Source of the DNA: Candidatus Nanopelagicales bacterium
GTDB lineage: Bacteria; Actinomycetota; Actinomycetes; S36-B12
Assembly: GCA_040399625.1 (NCBI GenBank)
Contig: JBBARV010000001.1
Location: 269,082 to 333,081, forward strand
Length of the DNA stretch: 64,000 bases
Reading direction: 5' to 3'
Part shown: piece after piece, positions 49,648 to 58,689 of the stretch
Layout: every line of letters begins with the position of its first letter
Numbering within the stretch: the stretch's first letter is position 1
Notes under the pieces: model-generated
Seen by the model: only the letters and a program-made list of their open reading frames with translations
Told to the model about the DNA's origin: nothing
Database searches by the model: none
Program-made: the position numbers and the translations under genes

Positions 49648-49688
49648 GTGGCGGGATTGATACAAGTGCCGCCACCTCACTATTTTTT
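49648..49688 (+). terminator. Candidate rpsO terminator/attenuator hairpin
   Basis: Stem GTGGCGG (49648-49654) / CCGCCAC (49669-49675) with a 14-nt loop, followed by CTCACTATTTTTT. The stem is short, so support is only moderate. Confidence 0.45.
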
Positions 49689-49826
49689 CATTTTCACTTC
49701 AAATAAATAACGAAATTCATTAGACGCTTCACGTGCACCGCGGATGTCGGTCCTCGGTAGTGGTTTTCGGGTGAGTAACCCCGCGAATCTCGATCGAAGA
49801 CCGCCGAACATTGCGGCAGTGCAGAA

Positions 49827-49852
49827 GTGTCTCAACAAAAGTAGGGAGACAC
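49827..49852 (+). promoter_or_regulatory. SD-sequestering hairpin in the pnp 5' leader
   Basis: GTGTCTC (49827-49833) pairs with GAGACAC (49846-49852). The right arm includes most of the GGGAGA Shine-Dalgarno 4 nt upstream of the pnp ATG (49856). Confidence 0.35.
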
Positions 49853-49855
49853 CCA

Positions 49856-52051
49856 ATGCAGTCAAATATTGCATCTGTAAGTGCCGTTATTGATAACGGC
49901 TCATTTGGTACGAGAACAATCCGATTTGAGACCGGGCGTTTTGCTCGGCAGGCCGCAGGTTCAGTTTGTGCCTATCTCGATGAAGACACGATGCTGCTTA
50001 GTGCTACAACGGCGGGAAAGCAGCCAAAAGATCAGTTTGATTTCTTCCCACTTACCGTTGACGTTGAAGAGCGGATGTACTCGGTGGGTCGGATTCCAGG
50101 GTCGTTTTTCCGTCGCGAGGGTCGCCCCAGCGAAGACGCCATCCTGACCTGTCGATTGATCGACCGACCACTTCGTCCAACTTTCAAAAAAGGCCTGCGC
50201 AATGAAGTACAGGTCGTCGTTACGGTCATGTCCTTGAATCCCAAGGATCTCTACGACGTTCTTGCTATTAATGCGGCTTCGGCATCAACCCAACTCAGTG
50301 GCCTCCCTTTTAGTGGACCAATCGGTGGCGTTCGGGTTGCATTAATCAGGAATCAATGGGTCGCATTCCCAACACACGAGCAACTCCAGGAGGCCGTTTT
50401 TGACATGGTTGTTGCTGGTCGCGTTGCCGGTGATGATGTCGCGATCATGATGGTGGAAGCTGAAGCAACAGAGCGCACTATTGAACTTGTTGCCGGGGGA
50501 GCCACCGCTCCAACCGAGGAAGTCGTGGCCGAGGGCCTAGATGCTTCTAAGAAGTTCATTAAGGCCTTGTGCGATGCACAGAGTGAACTCGCGAAGACCG
50601 CTGCAAAGCCGATCGCAGATTTCCCCGTCTTCCTCGAATACGAAGATGATGCCTACACAGCAGTTGAGGAAATTGCTGGAAAGCCAGTGACTCAAGCCCT
50701 CACAATTCTGTCCAAAGCCGAGCGCGAGGATCGCCTTGATGAAATCAAAGCCGACGTCATGGCAGCCTTGGGCTCACAATTTGTGGGACGCGAGAAGGAA
50801 CTCAGTGCGGCTTTGCGTTCAGTGACCAAGAATTCAGTGCGTCAACGAGTTTTGACCGACGGTGTGCGCATCGACGGCCGTGGATTGGCTGATATTCGCA
50901 CGCTGTCGGCCGAAGTTGATGTCATTCCCCGGGTCCATGGATCGGCACTGTTTGAACGTGGCGAGACCCAGATTCTCGGGATCACCACACTCAACATGCT
51001 GCGCATGGAACAACAGCTTGACACTCTGAATCCAGAGAGTCGTAAGCGTTACATGCACAATTACAACTTCCCACCTTATTCAACTGGTGAGACCGGTCGA
51101 GTTGGTTCGCCCAAGCGTCGGGAAATTGGACACGGTGCGCTCGCGGAGCGGGCTTTAGTTCCTGTTCTCCCCACCCGCGAAGAGTTTCCTTATGCAATTC
51201 GACAGGTATCCGAAGCGCTGGGGTCCAACGGCTCAACTTCCATGGGTTCGGTCTGTGCATCGACAATGTCTCTCCTCAATGCGGGGGTGCCCCTAAAGGC
51301 TCCAGTAGCTGGAATTGCAATGGGACTTATTTCTGGAATTGTGGACGGCAAGGAAAAGTACGTTGCGCTCACAGACATTCTGGGAGCTGAAGATGCTTTC
51401 GGTGACATGGACTTCAAGGTCGCAGGAACCCGGAACTTTGTCACGGCATTGCAGTTGGACACCAAACTCGATGGAATCCCAGCCGACGTTTTGAAGGGTG
51501 CCTTGACACAGGCCCGTGATGCTCGCTTCACCATCTTGGATGTAATGAATGAAGCAATTGATGCCCCTGACGAAATGGCCGCTACCGCACCGCGTGTTAT
51601 CTCGGTCACGGTTCCTGTCGACAAGATCGGCGAGGTTATTGGGCCTAAGGGTAAAATCATTAACCAGATTCAAGAAGAAACTGGCGCTGACATCACTATT
51701 GAAGACGACGGAACCATTTACATTGGCGCCGTCGACGGACCTTCGGCCGAAGCTGCTCGCAATATGATCAATCAAATTGCGAATCCAACAATGCCTGAGG
51801 TTGGCGAGCGCTACCTCGGAACGGTTGTGAAAACGGCAGCCTTCGGTGCCTTTATCTCGCTGGTTCCTGGCAAAGATGGACTGTTGCATATTTCTGAGAT
51901 CAAGAAATTTGCCGGCAAGGGACGCATCGAAAACGTGGAAGAAGTGCTCAAGGTGGGTGACAAGATTCAGGTTGAAATCAAGGAAATTGATCCCCGCGGA
52001 AAACTGTCCTTGATCACGGTTGCTCCAGAAGGCGCCGACTCGGCGGAATAA
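49856..52051 (+). CDS. pnp: Polyribonucleotide nucleotidyltransferase (PNPase)
   Basis: Two RNase PH domains (FRREGRPSE, ...[17 protein letters not shown]), a KH domain ([15 protein letters not shown]) and an S1 domain. ATG 49856 is preferred over the tracked start 49811. Confidence 0.97.
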   Translation: MQSNIASVSAVIDNGSFGTRTIRFETGRFARQAAGSVCAYLDEDTMLLSATTAGKQPKDQFDFFPLTVDVEERMYSVGRIPGSFFRREGRPSEDAILTCRLIDRPLRPTFKKGLRNEVQVVVTVMSLNPKDLYDVLAINAASASTQLSGLPFSGPIGGVRVALIRNQWVAFPTHEQLQEAVFDMVVAGRVAGDDVAIMMVEAEATERTIELVAGGATAPTEEVVAEGLDASKKFIKALCDAQSELAKTAAKPIADFPVFLEYEDDAYTAVEEIAGKPVTQALTILSKAEREDRLDEIKADVMAALGSQFVGREKELSAALRSVTKNSVRQRVLTDGVRIDGRGLADIRTLSAEVDVIPRVHGSALFERGETQILGITTLNMLRMEQQLDTLNPESRKRYMHNYNFPPYSTGETGRVGSPKRREIGHGALAERALVPVLPTREEFPYAIRQVSEALGSNGSTSMGSVCASTMSLLNAGVPLKAPVAGIAMGLISGIVDGKEKYVALTDILGAEDAFGDMDFKVAGTRNFVTALQLDTKLDGIPADVLKGALTQARDARFTILDVMNEAIDAPDEMAATAPRVISVTVPVDKIGEVIGPKGKIINQIQEETGADITIEDDGTIYIGAVDGPSAEAARNMINQIANPTMPEVGERYLGTVVKTAAFGAFISLVPGKDGLLHISEIKKFAGKGRIENVEEVLKVGDKIQVEIKEIDPRGKLSLITVAPEGADSAE

Positions 52052-53388
52052 TGGCAAAAACAAAAACTCTGCTGGCTGGGACGGATGGATCATTAGTTCT
52101 TCGATCCGTCCTGCCAAGCGGGGTCAGGGTCATCACTGAGAAGGTCCCAGGGGTGCTCTCCGCCAGTATTGGCATTTGGGTTGATGCGGGTTCGCGTGAT
52201 GAAAAAGGTGCACACACGGGTGCTGCTCACTACCTAGAACATTTACTTTTCAAAGGCACATCGAAGAGATCCGCGCTAGAGATTTCTTCCGCAATTGAAT
52301 CAGTGGGTGGAGACTTAAACGCTTTCACCAGTAAAGAGCACACGTGCTATTACGCCAAAGTCTTGGCAATGGACCTTCCCCTTGCCATTGATGTTTTGTG
52401 TGATGTTGTCACCGATGCCCAGCTCCGAAGCGAGGACATTGAAGCTGAGCGCGGGGTTATTCTTGAAGAGATTGCTATGGTCGACGACGACCCCAGCGAT
52501 CTAGTCCATGACCAATTCGCTCGAACCCTATTCGGTGACACAGCACTTGGTCGACCGATTTTAGGAACGGCTCAAACGATTCTGGGTATTACCCGCAGAT
52601 CGATAGTAAACTTTTATTCGAAGTTTTATCAAGCCGATTCACTGGTTATCGCAATCGCCGGTGATGTTGATCATGCGCAGGCAGTTCGACTGGTTTCACA
52701 AGCGCTGGATGCAAGCCCGAATACCCACCTCGATAAAGTTCACAATCCGCGTGCGCACAGCCATGCTCGGCAAAGAATCAGCCCCGTCACAAGTTCATTA
52801 GATACCCGTAAGACCGAACAGGCACATGTGGTAATGGGCACCCACGGACTCGTCAGAGGTGATGAAAGGCGCTTCACCGGAGCAATTCTCTCCACGATTC
52901 TCGGTGGCGGAATGAGTTCGCGCCTTTTTCAAGCTGTGCGCGAGCAGCGTGGCCTCGCCTACTCGGTCTACGCCTATTCACAGGGCTTCCGGGATTCCGG
53001 TATTTTTGGAATTTACGCCGGCTGCATTCCCACAAAGCTTGATCAGGTGTTGGAAGTTTGCCAAACTGAACTTTCAGAGCTGGTGCGGAGCGGTGTGACA
53101 CCGATCGAATTGCAAAGAGCAAAAGGTCAAGTAAAAGGCGGCACCGTGCTGGGTCAAGAAGACACTGGTGCACGCATGAGTCGAATTGCAAAAGCCGAAC
53201 TCTATGACGAGCCGTTAATCTCAGTACAAGACGTGCTTGGTTGTGTTGACCGCGTAGATGCTGAGGGTGTTAATGCTTTGGCCCAAGAGTTTTTGACCAA
53301 TCCCCTAGCGATGAGTGTTATTGGGCCTTATAAAAAACTGCCGGTGCGAAAAGGATTTGTGGCACCACTTTCGAATCTGCGCGCATAG
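52051..53388 (+). CDS. M16 family (pitrilysin/insulinase-like) zinc peptidase
   Basis: Inverted zinc motif HYLEHLLFKGT (HxxEH). Its ATG overlaps the pnp stop. Confidence 0.85.
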   Translation: MAKTKTLLAGTDGSLVLRSVLPSGVRVITEKVPGVLSASIGIWVDAGSRDEKGAHTGAAHYLEHLLFKGTSKRSALEISSAIESVGGDLNAFTSKEHTCYYAKVLAMDLPLAIDVLCDVVTDAQLRSEDIEAERGVILEEIAMVDDDPSDLVHDQFARTLFGDTALGRPILGTAQTILGITRRSIVNFYSKFYQADSLVIAIAGDVDHAQAVRLVSQALDASPNTHLDKVHNPRAHSHARQRISPVTSSLDTRKTEQAHVVMGTHGLVRGDERRFTGAILSTILGGGMSSRLFQAVREQRGLAYSVYAYSQGFRDSGIFGIYAGCIPTKLDQVLEVCQTELSELVRSGVTPIELQRAKGQVKGGTVLGQEDTGARMSRIAKAELYDEPLISVQDVLGCVDRVDAEGVNALAQEFLTNPLAMSVIGPYKKLPVRKGFVAPLSNLRA

Positions 53389-53396
53389 AAAGGTTA

Positions 53397-54152
53397 ATGA
53401 TGGGCAAAGTGATCCGGGTTGGAGTAATTGGCGCCAATGGGAAAATGGGGGCTACCGTCGTCGCGGCCGTGCAAGCAGACCCCGAGTGTGAGCTGGTGGC
53501 TGCAATCGATGTTGATGACTCGCTCGATGAACTCACCCAAGCCAGGTGTGAAGTTGTAGTTGACTTTACGAATCCACTTGTTGTTATGGATACTCTCGCA
53601 TTTTGCATCAAACACGGAATCAACGCCGTGGTCGGGACGTCGGGTTTTACTCCTGAGAAAGTTGAAACCCTGTCGCTGTGGGCAAGCCAGCGTGCAAATA
53701 CGAGAGTCTTGATCGCCCCAAATTTTAGTATGGGTGCGGTACTCATGATCGCATTCGCTGGAATTGCAGCGCCATATTTTGAATCAGTTGAAATCATTGA
53801 ATCGCACCATCCCGAAAAGATCGATGCACCATCAGGTACCGCGCTATTCACTGCAGAAACAATCGCGGCGGCCCGACAAGGCTTGGCGCCAGGCCCCGAT
53901 GCCACTCAATCTGAAGATACGGGGGCTCGTGGGGTCGCTGTTGACGGTGTACCCATTCATTCTGTGCGACTGCGCGGTTTGGTGGCCCACCAGGAAGTTG
54001 TCTTTGGGGGACTTGGCGAAACACTTACGATCAAACACGATTCACTTAACCGGGATTCATTTATGCAAGGTGTGCTGATTGCTATAAAGGGAATTTACCA
54101 TATTGACGGCGTTGTCGTTGGTTTGGAAAATGTCTTGCCATTAGGAAAGTGA
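53397..54152 (+). CDS. dapB: 4-hydroxy-tetrahydrodipicolinate reductase
   Basis: N-terminal IRVGVIGANGKMG, plus EIIESHHPEKIDAPSGTA and HSVRL.G..AHQEV. Confidence 0.92.
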   Translation: MMGKVIRVGVIGANGKMGATVVAAVQADPECELVAAIDVDDSLDELTQARCEVVVDFTNPLVVMDTLAFCIKHGINAVVGTSGFTPEKVETLSLWASQRANTRVLIAPNFSMGAVLMIAFAGIAAPYFESVEIIESHHPEKIDAPSGTALFTAETIAAARQGLAPGPDATQSEDTGARGVAVDGVPIHSVRLRGLVAHQEVVFGGLGETLTIKHDSLNRDSFMQGVLIAIKGIYHIDGVVVGLENVLPLGK

Positions 54153-54156
54153 AAAA

Positions 54157-54615
54157 ATGTTGGAACGACTAAGGAATCCCAAAATCTGGGTCGGCGTTTT
54201 CACCATCATTTGTATTATTTATTTTATTTTTGCCATTGATCGTGCACGTTTACTGGTTCAAGAAGGTAACGTTATTCTGACGTTTTTTGCTATTGCGATT
54301 GTGATAATTCCCAGCTTGGGCCTGTATCTGATTGCTCGTGAAATTCGATTTGGTTTCACCATGCAGGAAATGGGGCGTGAGCTTGCGCGATCAGGGCAGC
54401 TGATGGCCGATGACCTCCCAAAGGAAGAGTCCGGTCGAAGTGTTCTTGCGGAAGCTGATGCTCGATTTGAGTCCATCGCGCAATCCCATGATCCTGATGA
54501 CTGGGTTAAGTGTTACCTACTTGCCGTGGCGTATGACGAATCACGGGACCGCAAAGCCGCACGGGCTTCAATGCGGGAGGCTGCTCGCTTATTCCGGAGT
54601 GCTCCACCTGCGTAG
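54157..54615 (+). CDS. Hypothetical membrane protein (two TM helices plus soluble tail)
   Basis: 152-aa ORF 4 nt after dapB with two clear hydrophobic helices. No motif was recognised. Confidence 0.5.
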   Translation: MLERLRNPKIWVGVFTIICIIYFIFAIDRARLLVQEGNVILTFFAIAIVIIPSLGLYLIAREIRFGFTMQEMGRELARSGQLMADDLPKEESGRSVLAEADARFESIAQSHDPDDWVKCYLLAVAYDESRDRKAARASMREAARLFRSAPPA

Positions 54616-55122
54616 TAATTGAAAAAGCACATCAAATCGTTCTCGCGTAAAAATCGTGTCTATGCTTCCGATGTAAATGTGAGTTTGGATTCCATGTCCC
54701 CGCTGTGAAACGAGTACAACCCTTTTACTTCGGATTCCGATGGGAATTCCGGCGAGTTTCCACGTAGTTGATTCTGTTTTCACTTGGTACCGGTCATTCC
54801 ATGAGCCCGATATGGTTTTGAGCAGGGTGATGATTTTGAATCCATTGCCGTTAACGTAGGTGCCCTGCATCCAGCCTCGGAGCACGAGAACGGTGGCGCT
54901 TGCAAGGAGAAACCCAATCACCATAGCCTCTGTGAGGGATATTCCCGTCGTTGCGTAAACAATGGTGATTGCTAGTAGTGAAACAAGGGAAAGAGTCAGT
55001 GGAACGAGTACGGCTAAACGTATGAGTCCCCTTCGTCCAACCCGTTGCAGTCGTTGAGGATCTGCCTCGGGGTAGCGCCATACGGCTCCGAAAATTGGCT
55101 TTTGAAATATGGGCTCACCCAT
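54589..55122 (-). CDS. Hypothetical membrane protein, third gene of the azlCD operon
   Basis: ATG 55122 shares one base with the azlD stop (TAATG). Two TM helices followed by a beta-rich C-terminal region. No motif was recognised. Confidence 0.45.
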   Translation of the reverse strand: MGEPIFQKPIFGAVWRYPEADPQRLQRVGRRGLIRLAVLVPLTLSLVSLLAITIVYATTGISLTEAMVIGFLLASATVLVLRGWMQGTYVNGNGFKIITLLKTISGSWNDRYQVKTESTTWKLAGIPIGIRSKRVVLVSQRGHGIQTHIYIGSIDTIFTRERFDVLFQLLRRWSTPE

Positions 55123-55430
55123 TAGGGCAACCAACCCAGATACCGAACGATTGCTGTACTCGCTGCTGCAGCAATGATTACGACGAGAAATGGGGCTCTG
55201 AGAAGTAAAGCCACAACCGCCACACCAAGACCAAGCAGGCGGGCGTCGATTGCGAGTGCCTGGTCGACTGCAAATGTTTGGACTGCAACGAGCGCAGCGA
55301 GTAGAGAAACGGGTAGCAGGCTAGTCATGCGCCGAATTGATTCGCGTTCGAGCATGTGATGCGGTAACAAGTAACCGAGCAATTTTTCAGCGTAAGTGCC
55401 AAATGAGGCTATGAGGATGCTGGCCCACAT
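55122..55430 (-). CDS. azlD: AzlD family branched-chain amino acid transport protein
   Basis: 102-aa, roughly four-TM protein directly downstream of azlC. Its composition is typical of AzlD. Confidence 0.7.
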   Translation of the reverse strand: MWASILIASFGTYAEKLLGYLLPHHMLERESIRRMTSLLPVSLLAALVAVQTFAVDQALAIDARLLGLGVAVVALLLRAPFLVVIIAAAASTAIVRYLGWLP

Positions 55431-55433
55431 GAC

Positions 55434-56168
55434 CTATGCACCCTCAATCGGGCGGCTGGTTTTACCCCACATCAAGCTCGCCACTACGGCGACCAAGGCA
55501 CTGAATAGAACTGGGAGACCGGGACGAAGGAATGGAATCAATACCATGGCGACTGCCGCACTTGTGATTGCTAGGGCCCACATTTTTTGGTTATCACCGC
55601 GTGAACCGCCGGTGAGCCGGGGCCACAGCAAGGCGAGAAAGCCGGCGGGAATTGCAGCATCAAGTCCCAGAATTCCTGGATCAGAAAGCGCACTAGCTCC
55701 GAGTGAACCAAATAAGGTTCCGATATTCCAAAACACGTAAACACTGAGTCCTGTCGCAAAAAAAGCTCGACGCGATTCCTTTTTGGATTGGTCGTATCGC
55801 AGGGCCATCGCTGTTGACTCATCAATTGTTAAAAGTGCGGTAACCGGAATAATTTTTCGTTTTGGTGTGAGAACCGGCCCTAGCGAAAGTGCATACAGGC
55901 TATTTCGTGCGCCAAGAAGCATCGCGGTCACAATGGCGATAATTGCACCTCCACCTGCACCGATCACCCCAACGAAGGCGAACTGGGATGCACCCGTGAA
56001 CATAAAAAGGGAAAGGGTTTGGGTTTGGAGAACGCTGAGTCCACTGGCAACTGAAATCGCACCAAAGGACAGTGCATATGCACCGGTTGCGATTCCGATT
56101 CCCAGAGCGTTTCGGTCAATAGAACGGGTGTCACTTCCGGCGTCGCCACCACCGCTTTTCCTAGCCAT
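55434..56168 (-). CDS. azlC: AzlC family branched-chain amino acid exporter subunit
   Basis: ...GAYALSFGAISVASGLSVLQTQTLSLFMFTGASQFAFVG... is a characteristic AzlC block. Confidence 0.8.
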   Translation of the reverse strand: MARKSGGGDAGSDTRSIDRNALGIGIATGAYALSFGAISVASGLSVLQTQTLSLFMFTGASQFAFVGVIGAGGGAIIAIVTAMLLGARNSLYALSLGPVLTPKRKIIPVTALLTIDESTAMALRYDQSKKESRRAFFATGLSVYVFWNIGTLFGSLGASALSDPGILGLDAAIPAGFLALLWPRLTGGSRGDNQKMWALAITSAAVAMVLIPFLRPGLPVLFSALVAVVASLMWGKTSRPIEGA

Positions 56169-56369
56169 GTTGCCCCTAACGATGCCAAATACGATGCCGT
56201 CAGGTTAGCGGCCGGCTCCGGGATAATTCCATTGCCGTTCACCACTTCACGAGATTCATCAACAAATCCGAATCCTGTGTCCTAATTGTGTCCCATTTCC
56301 AATGTGGTTATTCGATTCACCACCACCACTGGGCTTTGCGCCGTATCCTGAATAAGTGACAATGTGGTG

Positions 56370-56400
56370 ATTCCGGCGGGCGCGGGGGAGCCGCCGGAAT
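56370..56400 (-). terminator. Hairpin downstream of the GNAT gene (candidate terminator, no U-tract)
   Basis: Perfect 10-bp inverted repeat ATTCCGGCGG (56370-56379) / CCGCCGGAAT (56391-56400) with an 11-nt GC-rich loop, 36 nt past the GNAT stop on the minus strand. Confidence 0.4.
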
Positions 56401-56435
56401 TCATCTGATCTCGTGGTTTGCCGTGACTTCGCCAA

Positions 56436-56939
56436 CTACCCGGCCAGCGACGTAGTCAATTCATGTTGACGTTCAGTGACCTGCGAATCGAGGTCCCCGT
56501 TTGCGCTGCCGAGAATCCGGGTGGCGCCGCTGGGTGCCCAGCCCATTGATTCAAAGAACAGTTGCCCTTGCGATTGCGCGGCACTGAGCCATAACGACAT
56601 CTGTTCACACCCGGCTTGAAGTGCGATATCGGCCACCGCGTTAACCAAACGTGCACCAATGAGCTGACGTCGGGTTTCGGGGGCAACTTCTAAAAGGGAG
56701 ATCTGACCGATTCCTCCCAAAAACTCGATCGCCGCGACACCAACGAGGAATCCATCACGTTCGCACACGAGCACCCGGCCAAGGTCACTATGGATTGTGA
56801 TTGCCTGAACCCACGCGGATTCAACGTCCTTTGCCACCAGCGATTGTGCCAACTCGACATGGCTGTGTTGCCAATTGGACAACTGGAGTTGGGTTATTGC
56901 GCGGGCATCTGTGGCGTTTGCCAACCGCACGGTATCCAC
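56436..56939 (-). CDS. GNAT family N-acetyltransferase
   Basis: 167 aa. The acetyl-CoA-binding-type motif RRQLIGARLVNAVADIA follows the beta-strand LLEVAPETR. Divergent from thyX. Confidence 0.75.
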   Translation of the reverse strand: MDTVRLANATDARAITQLQLSNWQHSHVELAQSLVAKDVESAWVQAITIHSDLGRVLVCERDGFLVGVAAIEFLGGIGQISLLEVAPETRRQLIGARLVNAVADIALQAGCEQMSLWLSAAQSQGQLFFESMGWAPSGATRILGSANGDLDSQVTERQHELTTSLAG

Positions 56940-57007
56940 AACGACACGGTAGCGCAGCCAACTTGGCTGACCAGCCCCCCGACCTAAAGGCCACTAGACT
57001 CTGGCTC

Positions 57008-57721
57008 GTGGAAATCGAGTTTCGAAGCGACATAACCGTAGAATTAGTTCGCGCCAATGCCAGTGATGCTGACGTTGTTTTCGCCGCTCGAGTATCAACC
57101 GTTGGTGAACAATCACTCGAAGACGTCGATGCCGACCCCCAACGTAGTTCCGGCTTGATCAACTATTTAATGCGTGATCGCCATGGCAGTCCATTTGAAC
57201 ATAACTCAATGACATTTTTCGTCAAAGCACCGATTTTTGTGTGGCGTGAACATATGCGCCACCGTATTGCCAGCTACAACGAAGAGTCGGGTCGCTACCG
57301 GGAACTGCTGCCGGTTTTTTATGTTCCCGCTCATGATCGGCCGTTGATCCAGTCCGGAAAGCCCGGTGCATATGAGTTTCACGCTGGCACGGCCGAGCAG
57401 AACGACTTGGTTGATCGAGCCATCAAGGATTCATGCACAAATGCCTATTCGGCTTATCTGCAGATGCTTGAGGCTGGTGTGGCCCGCGAAGTAGCTCGAA
57501 TGGTGCTTCCCGTGACAATTTTTTCCTCAGCCTATGTCACGATGAATGCCCGGTCGTTGATGAACTTTCTTAGTCTGCGTCGCAAGGTAGAGGGGTCACA
57601 CTTCCCGTCATACCCCCAGCGCGAAATCGAAATGGTGGCTGAGGTCTATGAAGATCATTTCGCGCGCTTGATGCCGATAACCCACGCAACCTTTAATGCC
57701 AATGGTCGAGTAGCTCCTTAG
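57008..57721 (+). CDS. thyX: FAD-dependent thymidylate synthase ThyX
   Basis: ThyX signature RHRIASYNEESGRY and downstream MNARSLMNFLSLR. The start was set at GTG 57008 because the tracked start 56801 overlaps the divergent GNAT gene. Confidence 0.9.
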   Translation: MEIEFRSDITVELVRANASDADVVFAARVSTVGEQSLEDVDADPQRSSGLINYLMRDRHGSPFEHNSMTFFVKAPIFVWREHMRHRIASYNEESGRYRELLPVFYVPAHDRPLIQSGKPGAYEFHAGTAEQNDLVDRAIKDSCTNAYSAYLQMLEAGVAREVARMVLPVTIFSSAYVTMNARSLMNFLSLRRKVEGSHFPSYPQREIEMVAEVYEDHFARLMPITHATFNANGRVAP

Positions 57722-57760
57722 CCGATGTTCGATGAATCGGGCTCGCGGTAAGGTTTTGAC

Positions 57761-58651
57761 ATGAAAAGCCCGTTCGGAGTGATGCTCACCGCGATGGTCA
57801 CGCCGTTTGCGCCCGACGGTAGCCAAGACCTTCCCGGAGCCCAGAAACTCGCGACACACCTAGTCGACAATCTCGGCCATAACGGGCTCGTCATAAATGG
57901 CACCACCGGAGAAGCGTCGACCAAGACCGACACCGAAGACCTCGCTTTATTGCAAGCCGTCGTGGAAGCCGTGGGTGACCGCGCCACCGTCATCGCCGGA
58001 GTAGGCACCAATGACACGGCGCATTCGATCACCAGTGCTAAGGCAGCCGCACAAGTTGGCGTGGATGCACTAATGGCCGCAGCTCCCTATTACAACCGGC
58101 CGCCCCAGCAAGGAATTTTCGAACATTTCTGGGCGATCGCAGAAAGCACCGACCTGCCCCTCATGACCTACGACATTCCCCGTCGCACCGGTGTTGCGAT
58201 TGACACCGAAACACTCGTGCGATTGGCAGAGCATCCAAGAATCATCGCTAATAAAGACGCGAAAGGTGACTTGGAAGCATCGCAATGGGTCATGGCTCGC
58301 ACAGATCTTGCCTGGTACAGCGGTGAGGACTCGTTGAATTTAGCGCTACTCGCACTGGGCGCTGGAGGAATGGTTTCCGTGGTCGGCCACCTAGTGGGGG
58401 ACCGGTTGAAGCAGATGGCTGAGTTGTTCTGGAGCGGCGAAGTCGAAGCTGCCCGCGTGATCAACGAATCGCTACTGCCCGTTTATACCGGAATCTTTCG
58501 GGCGCAAGGCGTGATTTTGACCAAAGCCGCCCTTAATCTCCAAGGTCTACCCGGTGGTCCTGTTCGACTCCCATTAGTCAATGCAACTTCCAGTGAGATC
58601 GAGCAATTAAGACTTGATCTTGCCGCTGGTGGCGTGGCTCCATTTGCTTAG
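57761..58651 (+). CDS. dapA: 4-hydroxy-tetrahydrodipicolinate synthase
   Basis: GVMLTAMVTPF, INGTTGEAST, PYYNRP and the IANKDAKGD (Schiff-base Lys) context. Confidence 0.93.
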   Translation: MKSPFGVMLTAMVTPFAPDGSQDLPGAQKLATHLVDNLGHNGLVINGTTGEASTKTDTEDLALLQAVVEAVGDRATVIAGVGTNDTAHSITSAKAAAQVGVDALMAAAPYYNRPPQQGIFEHFWAIAESTDLPLMTYDIPRRTGVAIDTETLVRLAEHPRIIANKDAKGDLEASQWVMARTDLAWYSGEDSLNLALLALGAGGMVSVVGHLVGDRLKQMAELFWSGEVEAARVINESLLPVYTGIFRAQGVILTKAALNLQGLPGGPVRLPLVNATSSEIEQLRLDLAAGGVAPFA

Positions 58652-58689
58652 TTCGCCTGAGCCTTTAGCAGCCATTAAGGACCAACTCC

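Noticed and set aside
51293-52117. 274-aa minus-strand ORF
   Set aside because: It lies entirely antisense to the well-supported pnp gene and the M16 peptidase start. Its composition is low-complexity and Arg/Ser/Asn-rich with no recognisable motif, which is typical of a shadow ORF.
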